Shown: piece after piece, positions 25,860 to 35,482 of the stretch | How positions within the stretch are numbered: the stretch's first letter is position 1 | Layout of the letters: every line of letters begins with the position of its first letter | Assembly: GCA_947625185.1 (NCBI GenBank) | Contig: CANQNJ010000001.1 | Coordinates: forward strand, 8,771 to 72,770 | DNA: 64,000 bases | Origin: an uncultured Clostridia bacterium | GTDB lineage: Bacteria > Bacillota > Clostridia > Christensenellales > CAG-314 | Direction of reading: 5' to 3' | Notes under the pieces: generated by a model | The model's input: the letters and a program-made list of their open reading frames with translations, nothing else | What the model was told of the DNA's origin: nothing | Databases searched by the model: none | Made by a program: the position numbers and the translations under genes

Positions 25860-26897
25860 TCAGCTGTGGGCGACGGGGTCGTAGCCGAGCAGGATATCCG
25901 CGACGCGATCGGTGCCGTAAAGGTCTCGTTGCGCGCGCTGTTTGGCGCGAATGGCTTCGCGGTTGTCGTAAGCGGCGTTGACGGCACGATACAGCTCGTC
26001 AGCGAGGTTGTCTTCGCTTACCGTCAGTCCGCAGCCTCGCTCGGTGAACCACTTGGCGTTCAGCGTCTGTTCGCCGCGCGACTGCTTGGTAAGCGGCACG
26101 GTAACGAAGGGTACTTGCGCAAGTGTCAGCTCTGCCAGGCTGTTGGCTCCCGCCCGAGTGAGACATACGTCCGCCGCGGCAAATACGTCGTTAATGTTGG
26201 AGATGAATTCCGCTTCCCGCACAAATTCGCACCCGATTCGTTTGTTCTTGCCGCATATTACAAAAATATTAAAGCGCTCCGCAAGTTTGGGACAGGCGGC
26301 GACGGCTTCGTTCAATGCTTTTGCGCCGAGACTTCCGCCTGTAACGAGCAGTATCGGCTTGTTCCCGTCAAAGCCCGTCGTGGCGAGCCCGCGTGCTTTG
26401 TCTCCGTGCATTATTCCTTCGCGTATTATTACGCCCACCGGTCGAGCTTTCGGATCGCACGGAAATGCGGCGAGATACGCGTCTGCAAATCGCGCCGACA
26501 GCTTGTTGGCAAGTCCCACGCTCATATCGCTCTCGTGTATCACGGTAGGAATGTGCAATTGTTTGCCCGCTATCGTCACAGGCAATCCGACGTAGCCGCC
26601 TTTGCTGAATATCACGTCGGGGCGTATGCGTTTCAGATGATTCTTAGCTTCGTTGACGCTTTTTGTCAGGCGGAAGGGCAGCAGCAGATTGGATAATGTC
26701 GCCTTTCGCTGCAATTTGTGGGCGGTGACGGTGCAATATTTTTTTATTTTCCCCTCATTGACGTATTTTTCCGTCAATTGTTTTTCCATTCCGTTTGTTC
26801 CGATGTAGTATATCTCGTTGCCTTGCAGCTTGTCGATGAGCGCCAGATTGGGCGTGACGTGTCCCGCGGTTCCGCCGCCCGTAAATACAATTCTCAT
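25860..26897 (-). CDS. murG: Undecaprenyldiphospho-muramoylpentapeptide beta-N-acetylglucosaminyltransferase MurG
   Basis: MRIVFTGGGTAGHVTPNLAL, GGSLGA and a C-terminal glycosyltransferase 28 pattern are present. I prefer the start at ATG 26897 over the 388 aa maximal ORF. Confidence 0.9.
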   Translation of the reverse strand: MRIVFTGGGTAGHVTPNLALIDKLQGNEIYYIGTNGMEKQLTEKYVNEGKIKKYCTVTAHKLQRKATLSNLLLPFRLTKSVNEAKNHLKRIRPDVIFSKGGYVGLPVTIAGKQLHIPTVIHESDMSVGLANKLSARFADAYLAAFPCDPKARPVGVIIREGIMHGDKARGLATTGFDGNKPILLVTGGSLGAKALNEAVAACPKLAERFNIFVICGKNKRIGCEFVREAEFISNINDVFAAADVCLTRAGANSLAELTLAQVPFVTVPLTKQSRGEQTLNAKWFTERGCGLTVSEDNLADELYRAVNAAYDNREAIRAKQRAQRDLYGTDRVADILLGYDPVAHS

Positions 26898-26961
26898 ATG
26901 GGTAGTGTATGCTTTTTGTACAAAAAAAGTCCTTGCAATGCTCAAAATCGACAAAATCAAG

Positions 26962-26984
26962 GATACTATTCGTGACATAGTATC
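26962..26984. repeat. Hairpin/palindrome family copy A (GATACTAT-TCGTGAC-ATAGTATC)
   Basis: The same TACTAT-TCGTGAC-ATAGTA core occurs at 33612-33636 and 41667-41685. This copy lies in the divergent murG/hydrolase intergenic region. Confidence 0.8.
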
Positions 26985-27194
26985 GCAAATATACCCAAAA
27001 CAAGCCTGTCGGGACATTCGTCGCACAATCTGCCCACCGACTCACCGCGTATTTCGTCGAAAAAGGCGCCCTGCGCCCGTAGGGTCAGGCACGCGTGTGC
27101 CGACCGTCGAACATCCTGCCGACCTATCCGTTTCCTTGACTTTTTGTTCGCGATGGAATACAATATTGCTATCTATCGTATAAGGCGGTGCGCA

Positions 27195-28175
27195 ATGAAA
27201 CTGACTCGATTTACCTCGCACGACGGCAAAGAAGTGCAGCTGTACACTTGGGATGAAGTGGATCGCCCCAAGGCGACGTTGAAGATCGCTCATGGAATGG
27301 CGGAACATTCGGCGCGTTACGACGCTTTCGCTCGATTTCTCAATGCGCACGGTTACATCGTCGTGATGAATGATCACCGCGGACACGGACTGACCGCCGA
27401 TAAAGACAGTCTCGGCTATGAAGAGGGGGATATGTTCGGCAACAACGTCGGGGATCAACTTGCCATATTGGATTATTGCCGCAACAAATACGCCTTGCCT
27501 CTCTATATGATGGGGCACAGCTACGGCAGTTTCGTTACGCAGGCGGTTATCGAACGGCACCCCGAGGTCAACGGATATATCCTGTGCGGATCCAATTACA
27601 TCAAGGGACCGAGTTTCACTGCGTGCGGAGTGATCGCTCGCGGTATGTGCCGTAATCGCGGCGGCAGATATCCCGCCGAACTGATTGCCAAGCTGTCTTT
27701 TGGGGCATATGAGAAGAAGTTCTCGGGGCATAATGCCTGGCTTAACCGCGACGCGGACGAAGTCGCCAAGTACAACAGCGACGAGAGCTGCGGCTTTATC
27801 TGTTCGGCAAACTTTTACCGTTCCTTTATGGAGGGCGTCGCCAAGCTGTATGCAAAGGAGCAATACAGCGTCATCGACGCCGATACGCCCATTTTGTTGA
27901 TAGCGGGCGGAGACGATCCTGTCGGCAATTACGGCAAGGGCGTCCGCAAGTTGGAAAAATTTTATTCGGAAAAAGTCGGCGTCAGGGACGTTACGGCGCA
28001 CATATACGACGGCGCACGACACGAGATATTGAACGAAATCAACAAAGCAGAAGTGTATGACGACGTTCTCGCCTGGTTGGATAAGCTCACTCCCGCGCTC
28101 TCTCTTCCCGACGGCGGCGACGAGCCTGTTGCGGACGCGCCCAAGAAGAAGCGGTTGTTCCGCCGAGATAAATAG
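27195..28175 (+). CDS. Alpha/beta hydrolase (lysophospholipase / monoacylglycerol-lipase-like)
   Basis: HGMAEHSARYD and the nucleophile elbow GHSYGS are present, with late D and H residues (GGDDPV, ARHEIL). The preferred start is the ATG at 27195 (MKLTRFTSHDG). Confidence 0.85.
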   Translation: MKLTRFTSHDGKEVQLYTWDEVDRPKATLKIAHGMAEHSARYDAFARFLNAHGYIVVMNDHRGHGLTADKDSLGYEEGDMFGNNVGDQLAILDYCRNKYALPLYMMGHSYGSFVTQAVIERHPEVNGYILCGSNYIKGPSFTACGVIARGMCRNRGGRYPAELIAKLSFGAYEKKFSGHNAWLNRDADEVAKYNSDESCGFICSANFYRSFMEGVAKLYAKEQYSVIDADTPILLIAGGDDPVGNYGKGVRKLEKFYSEKVGVRDVTAHIYDGARHEILNEINKAEVYDDVLAWLDKLTPALSLPDGGDEPVADAPKKKRLFRRDK

Positions 28176-28262
28176 GACGTGTTTGTCGGCGCTTTGCCTT
28201 TGCGCGGTATTATTGCAAGCCGATTCCGTCACGACGACGGGATCGGCAATTTTTCGTCAAAA

Positions 28263-28280
28263 TTTGCATAAATATGCAAA
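28263..28280. promoter_or_regulatory. Perfect palindrome TTTGCATA-aa-TATGCAAA upstream of the topoisomerase operon (candidate operator)
   Basis: The arms are 8 bp with a 2-nt spacer. A half-site-like ATTTGCATAAAC recurs about 30 nt downstream. Confidence 0.35.
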
Positions 28281-28389
28281 CGCTATGTATAAAAATAACC
28301 TGATTTGCATAAACATACAAATTATTCTGTGTAAACTTTTTTTGATTTGAAATTTTGTCATTTTCGCTGTATAAATATAAAAATTTCTC

Positions 28390-28418
28390 TTGCAATGCGA
28401 GTTTATTTATGATATAAT
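28390..28418 (+). promoter_or_regulatory. Candidate sigma-A promoter for parE/parC
   Basis: TTGCAA (28390-28395), a 17-nt spacer, then TATAAT (28413-28418). This leaves an approximately 140-nt leader. Confidence 0.5.
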
Positions 28419-28561
28419 AATTATGTTCGGAGATTTTGTCCGAAGCGCGGCATCTTGCCCGCGGCGCTGGATAGTGAACGTGCTGTTCGATTGCAAATTT
28501 ATGCGTCGCAAAAGGCACTTCGGACGTCAACCAACGACAACACTCATCGGAGGAAAAACAA

Positions 28562-30523
28562 TTGAACAAAACTTACGAAGCAAAAGACATACAGGTCCTG
28601 GAAGGTCTCGACGCCGTCCGTATGCGTCCCGGTATGTACATAGGCACAACGGGCCGCACGGGCTTGCATCACCTGTTGTGGGAGATAGTGGACAACGCCG
28701 TCGACGAAGCCAGCAACGGCTATGCCGACAAGGTCGAGGTCACTCTTCACAAGGACGGAAGCGTCACCGTAAAGGACAACGGCAGAGGTATCCCCGTAGA
28801 CGAACATCCGCAGCTTAAAATCAGCGGCGTCGAAGTGGTGTTTACTCAACTGCACGCGGGCGGCAAATTCAACAACGAGAATTATGCGTTCAGCGGCGGT
28901 CTGCACGGCGTGGGCGCAAGCGTGACGAACGCGCTGTCGAGTTGGCTTACCGTCAATGTCAAGAAGCAGGGCTATGAGTACGAGCAACACTTTCACAGCC
29001 CCGTCGACGAGAACGGCAAGGTACTCAGCGGCGTGCCCAAGGACCACTTGACCAAGATCGGCGAGACTACCGAACACGGCAGCACGATAACGTTCCTTGC
29101 GGACGCGCGCGTTTTCAAGAACGTCCAGATGGATTACGAAGTAATACACAAGCGCATCAAGGAGCTTGCCTTCCTCAACAAAGGCATTACGTTTGTGCTT
29201 ACCGACGAACGCGCCGACGACGATGACGGCAACGTCAAGAGCGAAACGTTCTGCTACAACGGCGGATTGAGAGACTTTGTGCTTTATCTCAACGAAAACA
29301 AGGCTCCGTTGCACCTTACGCCGCTGTATTGGAGCGGCAAGAACGATACTTTGCAGTTGGAATTTGCCTTTCAATACACGACCAACTACACGGAGAACCT
29401 CATCAGCTATGTCAACAACATACCCACCGGCGAGGGCGGTATGCACGAGACAGGTCTCAAAACGGCTATGACCAAGGTGTTCAACGACTATGCCCGCAGC
29501 AAGGGCTTCCTCAAAGCCAAAGACGACAATCTGTTGGGAGAAGATTTCCGCGAGGGTATAACGCTGGTAATGTCCGTCAAGATGGCTAACGTGCAGTTCG
29601 AGGGACAGACCAAGACAAAACTGGGCAACGTCGAGGCAAAAGTCGCCTGCGAAGCGCTTGCGACGGACGCCTTTACCGAGCTGCTCGCCAAGAACGGCGC
29701 CGACGCCGAGACCATCATCAAGAAATCTATCGCTTCGGCAAAGGTAAGAGAAGCGGCGCGCAAAGCCAAGGAGGTCACCCGTCAGAAGAACAGCATATTC
29801 AACAGTACTCTCGTAGGCAAATTGGCAAGCTGCACGGGTCGTGACGCAAGCAAGAACGAACTGTTCATCGTCGAGGGTGACAGCGCGGGCGGCAGCGCCA
29901 AGCAAGCGCGTAACCGTCGTTTTCAGGCAATATTGCCTTTGCGCGGCAAACCGCTCAACGCCGAGCGCAAGCGCATAGACCAGGTGCTTGCCAACGAAGA
30001 AATACGTTCGCTTATCAACGCGCTGGATACGGGTATCGGCGAAGAGGACTTCAATATAGAAGATCTCAAATACGACAAGATAATAATACTTTCCGATGCG
30101 GACCAGGACGGCGCGCACATAAGGGCGATATTGTTGACGTTTTTCTTCCGTTATATGCGCGAGCTTATCACCGACGGACACGTTTATATAGGTATGCCGC
30201 CTTTGTACAAGATATCCAAGAAAGACAAGGTGCGTTACGCGTACGACGACTACGAATTGCAGGAGATCGTCGGCGAATTCGGGCGCGGATACGATTTGCA
30301 ACGTTACAAGGGCTTGGGCGAGATGAATGCCGAACAGCTGTGGGAAACGACAATGAACCCCGAAACGCGTACTCTTATGCGCGTCACGATAGAGGACTTC
30401 TCCGAGGCGGAGCGTATGGTAACTACGCTTATGGGCGACGAGATAGAAGCGCGCAAGGCATACATAACGGAAAACGCCGATTTCAACAAGGATAACGACG
30501 CCTTGTTCAACAAGTTGGTGTAG
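28562..30523 (+). CDS. parE: Type IIA DNA topoisomerase subunit B (GyrB/ParE family; ParE-like judged from its partner)
   Basis: TTG start. [16 protein letters not shown], a GHKL ATPase, a Toprim [11 protein letters not shown] and PLRGK are present. The product is 653 aa. The parE versus gyrB assignment is an inference. Confidence 0.85.
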   Translation: MNKTYEAKDIQVLEGLDAVRMRPGMYIGTTGRTGLHHLLWEIVDNAVDEASNGYADKVEVTLHKDGSVTVKDNGRGIPVDEHPQLKISGVEVVFTQLHAGGKFNNENYAFSGGLHGVGASVTNALSSWLTVNVKKQGYEYEQHFHSPVDENGKVLSGVPKDHLTKIGETTEHGSTITFLADARVFKNVQMDYEVIHKRIKELAFLNKGITFVLTDERADDDDGNVKSETFCYNGGLRDFVLYLNENKAPLHLTPLYWSGKNDTLQLEFAFQYTTNYTENLISYVNNIPTGEGGMHETGLKTAMTKVFNDYARSKGFLKAKDDNLLGEDFREGITLVMSVKMANVQFEGQTKTKLGNVEAKVACEALATDAFTELLAKNGADAETIIKKSIASAKVREAARKAKEVTRQKNSIFNSTLVGKLASCTGRDASKNELFIVEGDSAGGSAKQARNRRFQAILPLRGKPLNAERKRIDQVLANEEIRSLINALDTGIGEEDFNIEDLKYDKIIILSDADQDGAHIRAILLTFFFRYMRELITDGHVYIGMPPLYKISKKDKVRYAYDDYELQEIVGEFGRGYDLQRYKGLGEMNAEQLWETTMNPETRTLMRVTIEDFSEAERMVTTLMGDEIEARKAYITENADFNKDNDALFNKLV

Positions 30524-30536
30524 AGAGGTACGATAT

Positions 30537-33026
30537 ATGAGTCAGCAAGTAGATATATTCGATTTGGAACACAGCGACATAGTAAAGATGGAGGACGGCT
30601 CCAATCTGCTTACCAAGCCGATGGAAGTGGTGATGCACGAGTCGATGATGCCCTATGCGGAGCATGTTATTCTGGACCGCGCCTTGCCGCGCGTCGAGGA
30701 CGGATTGAAGCCCGTTCAGCGTCGCATATTGTACTCTATGTACGAGCAGGGCAACACTCCCGACAAGCCCACGCGCAAGTCGGCGCGCATTGTCGGCGAT
30801 TGTATGGGACGTTATCACCCGCACGGCGACAGCTCCATATACGACGCGATGGTGCGTATGGCGCAACCCTTCGCGATGAACGTGCCGCTTATTATCGGTC
30901 AGGGCAATTTCGGCAATATCGACGGCGACAGCGCCGCGGCAATGCGTTATACCGAGGCAAAGCTGTCTCCCTGCGCGTTGGAATTGTTGCGGGACATCGA
31001 GAAGGACACCGTGCGTTGGGAGCGTAACTTCGACGATACCACGCAGGAGCCGGCAATGCTCCCGGGACGTTTTCCCAATCTGTTGGTCAACGGCGCCACG
31101 GGCATAGCGGTGGGTCTTGCGACAAATATCCCGCCTCACAATTTCGGCGAGGTGATAGACGGTACCATCGCCTATATAGATAACCCGAGGATAAATCTTG
31201 CCTCTATGATGAAGATCATCAAGGGACCGGACTTTCCGACGGGCGGACACGTCATCCCGGGAGAAGGTCTCGCTCAGGCGTACGAAACGGGCAAGGGCAA
31301 GATCACTATCCGCGCGCGTATGCACATCGAGGTTGCGCCCGGCGATCGCAAAAATATCGTCATCACCGAGATTCCCTACGGTATCAACAAGGCGGATATG
31401 CTCATAAAGATAGCCGCTTTGAAGGACGAGAAGAAGGATATGTTCCAGGGCATATCGGAGATAGTGGACGAAAGCGACAAGGAAGGTCTGCGCGCGGTCA
31501 TCAAATTGCGTAAAGACTGCGACGTAAAGCAAACCATCAACAATTTGTTCAAATATTCGCAGTTGGAGATGTCTTACGGTATCAATATGGTCGCCATAGC
31601 CGACGGTAAACCGCAGCTTATGGGATTGTTGGATATCATAGCCTACTATGTGGCGTATCAACGCGACGTGATACTCAAACGCAGCAAGTTCGAGTTGGAA
31701 GAGGCCAAGGAGCGCGCTCATATTTTGCAGGGATTGGTGATAGCCGTCAACAACATCGACGAGGTCATCAAGATAATCAAGAACGCCGCCTCGACGACGG
31801 ACGCGCGCAACAAATTGAGAGAACGTTTCGACCTCAGCGAACGTCAGGCGCAAGCGATATTGGACCTGCGTCTTGCGCGTATCACCAAGTTGGAAGTAAA
31901 CAAGCTGGAAAACGAACTCAGAGAACTCGAACATACGATTGCTCGTCTCAACGTGATAATCAACAGCCGCAAGGAGCAGATGGATCTTATCAAGACGGAA
32001 CTTTCCGCGCTCAAACGCAACTACAAGTCGCCGCGGCTTACGGAGATATGCAAGTCGGAGGATGACGCCGTCATTCCGAGCGAAACGGACGAGAAACCCG
32101 TCGAGACGGTGGTAGTGGGTATTGCCGCCGATTACGGTATCAAGCGTATTCCTTCCAAGAACTTCAATATGTCTCAAAAGGACGACGCCATCGGCAGCGC
32201 CTCGTCGGAGCTGTTGACGCGCGCCATAGAGACCAAGACGGACGCCAACGTGATGTTTTTCAGCAATATGGGCAATTGCTTCCGCACCAAGGTGGGAGAC
32301 CTGCCCGAGATAAGATATCGCGATCCCGGCGCCAAACTGTCGCAGATATTCCCCGAGGCAAGCATGGGCGAATCTCCCGTCGCCGTATTCGCGCAGAGCG
32401 GCGAAGAGGTAAGCGGCGAATTGCTGTTCTATACGCGCCAGGGTATGATAAAACGCAGTTCTTGGAGCGAGTATCAATTGCTTAAATCGGTATTTCAAGG
32501 TTACAAGGGCAAGGACGGCGACGAAGTGTTCAAGGTGGAAGTCATTCGCGACAATACGGAAATATTCTACGTCACCAACCTCGGCGGCTGTACCCGTTTC
32601 GATGTAAGCGAAGTTCCGCTTCAAGGCAGAGTGGCTGGCGGCGTACACTGCATCAATCTCGCCGAGGACGAGTATGTGGTATTTGCAGGTCAGGTGGAAC
32701 GCGACAAGGGCGAAGTGCTTATGGCAACCAATAAGGGCTTTATGAAGCGCCTTTCCGTAAAAGATATCGCCAAGCACGCCCGCAACTGTAAGGGCGCCAA
32801 GGGTATCGAGTTCGGCAACAACGGTACCGATATCGTATTTGCCGACTATGTAAACGGCACGCCGTTCAAGCTTGCCGTATACGACAGAGCCAACACCTAC
32901 GTTGTGGACGCTGCGGATGTCAGCGTTGAGAGCAAGAATCACAAAGGCAAACTTCCGCAAGGCAAGAAAGGCGGCATAGCGGTGGAGAAGATTATTCGCT
33001 ATTGCACGGGAGCCTCCAAAGAATAG
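30537..33026 (+). CDS. parC: Type IIA DNA topoisomerase subunit A (GyrA/ParC family; ParC-like)
   Basis: [12 protein letters not shown] (Q as in ParC, where GyrA has H) and the catalytic [10 protein letters not shown] are present. The beta-pinwheel CTD has no recognisable GyrA box (QRRGGKG). Confidence 0.85.
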   Translation: MSQQVDIFDLEHSDIVKMEDGSNLLTKPMEVVMHESMMPYAEHVILDRALPRVEDGLKPVQRRILYSMYEQGNTPDKPTRKSARIVGDCMGRYHPHGDSSIYDAMVRMAQPFAMNVPLIIGQGNFGNIDGDSAAAMRYTEAKLSPCALELLRDIEKDTVRWERNFDDTTQEPAMLPGRFPNLLVNGATGIAVGLATNIPPHNFGEVIDGTIAYIDNPRINLASMMKIIKGPDFPTGGHVIPGEGLAQAYETGKGKITIRARMHIEVAPGDRKNIVITEIPYGINKADMLIKIAALKDEKKDMFQGISEIVDESDKEGLRAVIKLRKDCDVKQTINNLFKYSQLEMSYGINMVAIADGKPQLMGLLDIIAYYVAYQRDVILKRSKFELEEAKERAHILQGLVIAVNNIDEVIKIIKNAASTTDARNKLRERFDLSERQAQAILDLRLARITKLEVNKLENELRELEHTIARLNVIINSRKEQMDLIKTELSALKRNYKSPRLTEICKSEDDAVIPSETDEKPVETVVVGIAADYGIKRIPSKNFNMSQKDDAIGSASSELLTRAIETKTDANVMFFSNMGNCFRTKVGDLPEIRYRDPGAKLSQIFPEASMGESPVAVFAQSGEEVSGELLFYTRQGMIKRSSWSEYQLLKSVFQGYKGKDGDEVFKVEVIRDNTEIFYVTNLGGCTRFDVSEVPLQGRVAGGVHCINLAEDEYVVFAGQVERDKGEVLMATNKGFMKRLSVKDIAKHARNCKGAKGIEFGNNGTDIVFADYVNGTPFKLAVYDRANTYVVDAADVSVESKNHKGKLPQGKKGGIAVEKIIRYCTGASKE

Positions 33027-33050
33027 CGCTCGGGTGATTCCGCGCAAAAC

Positions 33051-33115
33051 GGCTTCGCTTCGGGCTTCGCCCTCGTTGCAGATTATTTTGCAGCCAATAC
33101 CCTCGCGCTCGGTGG
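33051..33115 (+). repeat. Repeat family 2, copy 1 (GGCTTC..TCGGGC..GCCCTCGTTGCAGATTATTTTGCAGCCAATACCCTCGCGCTCGGTGG)
   Basis: The shared core CCCTCGTTGCAGATTATTTTGC also occurs at 33192-33235, 33288-33316 and, inverted, at 51953-52013. Confidence 0.8.
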
Positions 33116-33164
33116 AACAAGGTCGGAATTTAATTAAAAAACAAGTATAGAAGAATGATTCATT

Positions 33165-33235
33165 CGCGCCCCCACATTCGTATGTGGGGGCGCTCATTGC
33201 AGATTATTTTGCAGCCAATACCCTCGCGCTTGGTG
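33165..33235 (+). repeat. GC hairpin (CGCCCCCACAT-tcg-ATGTGGGGGCG) followed by repeat family 2, copy 2
   Basis: CTCATTGCAGATTATTTTGCAGCCAATACCCTCGCGCTTGGTG is near-identical to copy 1 over about 40 nt. Confidence 0.8.
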
Positions 33236-33287
33236 AAAATAAGGTTGGGGTTTAACGATAGAAATAACTATAAGTTAAAACTTAAAC

Positions 33288-33316
33288 GGCTCCGCCCTCG
33301 TTGCAGATTGTTTTGC
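33288..33316 (+). repeat. Repeat family 2, copy 3 (truncated/diverged)
   Basis: The sequence is GGCTCCGCCCTCGTTGCAGATTGTTTTGC. Confidence 0.7.
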
Positions 33317-33481
33317 GCGGAACGCCTGATATGACCTGATGTGTTTGGTGGGTGGCATAGGAGTAAAAGTAAATTATCTGATATGTAATGTCTGTTTGTC
33401 TCATAGCAGTAAGGAACTTTTTTCGCCGTAACCTAACGGAAATCGCCCGTTGTATTGCCGACATTTGATCCCACCGAAGTC

Positions 33482-33642
33482 GTGGTGTACTCGATTGAAA
33501 ACGACGAAATCTTCGACGAATTTGCGTCGGAGATTTTGTGTAGACGATCTTCTTGTTATTGTCGACACCTTCGATAAAAGTGTTTATTATGCCGAAATTT
33601 CGAAAAAAATAAAATACTATTCGTGACATAGTATTTGATTTT
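33482..33642 (+). repeat. About 160-bp direct repeat, copy B (contains hairpin 33612-33636)
   Basis: The 14-nt GTGGTGTACTCGAT and a 55-nt core TATGCCGAAATTTCGAAAAAAATAAAATACTATTCGTGACATAGTATTTGATTTT match 41538-41694. The core differs at 4 of 55 positions by eye. The interior shows only patchy similarity. Confidence 0.75.
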
Positions 33643-34491
33643 CCGACTGATATATAACAAACCTGCAATACAAGTAAGGCGGTGGTAACGCAAATCGTTG
33701 TGATATTTATTGTTTTCCATTAGATGTTTTTTATATGTCAATATGAAGTGTATGCCAGAGAAAGGGTTCTTTTATCCGATTAAGACTTTGAAATAGCAAA
33801 CAGCATCTTGCTCCCGCTCCGCTTCAATTTAGTTGCGATGTAATTTGGGTCGGACTTATTATTTCTTTTTGTCGAATAGCGGTTTATTTGCCTTGGCTAT
33901 AAATCTATATTTATTGAACATCTATCTGCTTCAATTTTCGTTTACGATTGAAAATGTAATTTTGAATTTATTGGTTATTTTATATTATACTATTTTATAT
34001 TTTCTTAAAGTTTCCAAGTAAAACGTTTTCTGAATATAAGAACTCTGTTGTACAGTCAGCAGCAGAGCAAAACTCTTTTGTTTTCGCAATTGCTTATAAA
34101 TTAAATGAGGCTTTTGTTTAATTTATTTACTCAATTACACATTTATATAAACTTTTTCTTCGTTTGTATGGAGCGTACGGTCTATCGCCTTTTGAGATAC
34201 TTTTGCCGATAGCTTCGATCTCATTTTGTTTTGGAAATTCCTTATATAAAGGGTATATAGAAAAAACGTCGTTGCTCTATCTTTGTTTATTCACATACCT
34301 GATATCTTTCGGACAATCAATATGTTTGCGCTCATTTTTTTTGTTAAAAAAGGCTTTCTTTTGCTTATTTCCCTCGAAAATCAATCAAAAATGATAATTT
34401 TCTAAAAATTTTCGTTATAATCGCAAGGTATTGACAAACAGTCGGGGGGGGTGGTATCCTTATGTAGATTTAATGAGGTGGAGTTGAATAT

Positions 34492-35427
34492 ATGTCTCTT
34501 GTAACTACTAAGGAAATGTTTGAAAAAGCTTACAACGGGGGTTATGCGATAGGCGCATTCAATGTCGATAATGTCGATATAATGCAGGGCGTAATTGCGG
34601 CTGCGGTCAAGACGAGATCCCCCGTCATCATCGCAATCAGCGGAGGCGCCCTCAAATATATGCACCCAGCATATGCGCGTCACGCTGCTCTGGCAGCTGC
34701 CGAAGAATGCGATATACCTATTGCATTGCATTTGGATCACGGCAAGAGCGTGGACCTTTGCAAACAATGCGTCGATAACGGTTTCACGTCCGTGATGATA
34801 GACGCCTCGGCGTATGACTTTGAAACCAACATTGCAATGACTCGCGAAGTCGTCGAATATGCCCATGCTCGCGGCGTAGTCGTAGAGGGTGAGTTGGGCG
34901 CAATTGCAGGTATCGAGGACGATGTGGTGGTGGACGATAAGTACGGAAGTTTCACTCATCCCGACGACGCGGTGGAATTTGTCCGTAGGACGGGCATAGA
35001 CAGCCTGGCTATCGCTATCGGCACGGCTCACGGCGCCTACAAATTCAAACCCGGACAAAAACCTCAACTGCGTTTCGATATTTTGCAAGAAATATCCGCA
35101 AAGCTTCCGGAATTTCCCATAGTTTTGCACGGCGCGTCAAGTGTTCCGAGGGACAGGTTGGATACTTTCAACCGCTACGGAGGACAATTGCCCGACGCGA
35201 TAGGCATCCCCGAGGAAATGCTTCGACAGGCTGCGTCGATGTCTGTGTGCAAGATCAATGTCGGAAGCGATATTCGTATTTGCTATTTCGGTGAAATTCG
35301 CAAAATGTGCGCCCTTAAACCAAACAAGTTTGAAGGGAGAGAATATCTTGAACCTGCGCGTACCGCCGTGGAAGAAATGGTGACGTACAAGATCGAAAAG
35401 GTATTCGGAAGCGCAGGCAAGGCATAA
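34492..35427 (+). CDS. fba: Class II fructose-1,6-bisphosphate aldolase
   Basis: GYAIGAFNV..., IALHLDHG and GTAHGAYK are present, placing it in the class II FBA/tagatose-bisphosphate aldolase family. The product is 311 aa. Confidence 0.9.
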   Translation: MSLVTTKEMFEKAYNGGYAIGAFNVDNVDIMQGVIAAAVKTRSPVIIAISGGALKYMHPAYARHAALAAAEECDIPIALHLDHGKSVDLCKQCVDNGFTSVMIDASAYDFETNIAMTREVVEYAHARGVVVEGELGAIAGIEDDVVVDDKYGSFTHPDDAVEFVRRTGIDSLAIAIGTAHGAYKFKPGQKPQLRFDILQEISAKLPEFPIVLHGASSVPRDRLDTFNRYGGQLPDAIGIPEEMLRQAASMSVCKINVGSDIRICYFGEIRKMCALKPNKFEGREYLEPARTAVEEMVTYKIEKVFGSAGKA

Positions 35428-35482
35428 ATAAGGTTTTACCCGACTTAGTCGGAAAAATAATATTATCAATAAGGAGAAAAAC

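Noticed and set aside
25860-27026. The long (388 aa) form of murG, and the 276 aa and 205 aa plus-strand ORFs across it.
   Set aside because: The MurG homology starts at MRIVFTGGGTAGH (ATG 26897), and the upstream 43 codons run into the intergenic hairpin region. The plus-strand ORFs are antisense shadows.
28544-30301. A 585 aa minus-strand ORF antisense to parE. Similar long antisense ORFs occur at 27042-28232, 42627-44672, 52114-53385, 58085-59539, 59843-61225, 62096-63184, 9022-10029 and 7752-9107.
   Set aside because: Each is the mirror of a well-supported gene and has a biased, motif-free composition. The recurrence across all GC-richer genes points to a codon-usage artefact rather than overlapping genes. 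Notably, such ORFs are absent over the AT-rich island.
28562-33026. Naming the topoisomerase pair gyrB/gyrA.
   Set aside because: The A subunit has KPVQRR (ParC-type) and no recognisable GyrA box in its CTD. The pair is also not next to dnaA/dnaN/recF. I therefore call it ParE/ParC-like, but this is an inference and could be overturned by phylogeny.
30507-33197. An 896 aa ORF on the minus strand covering the whole of parC.
   Set aside because: It is exactly antisense to a gene with unmistakable topoisomerase motifs. Its product is low-complexity (Arg/Ala/Val/His/Leu-rich) with no motif or RBS. It is a shadow ORF that arises when TTA/CTA/TCA codons are rare in the sense frame.
33051-33235. 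A possible CRISPR array, because a roughly 40-nt sequence recurs.
   Set aside because: There are only two full copies, the spacing is about 125 nt rather than 30-40 nt, the third copy is truncated, and there are no cas genes in the window.
33833-34394. Two small hydrophobic ORFs (62 and 76 aa) in the very AT-rich spacer upstream of fba.
   Set aside because: Their Leu/Ile/Phe/Tyr/Asn-rich translations are what AT-rich DNA yields in any frame. They have no RBS and start with non-ATG codons.
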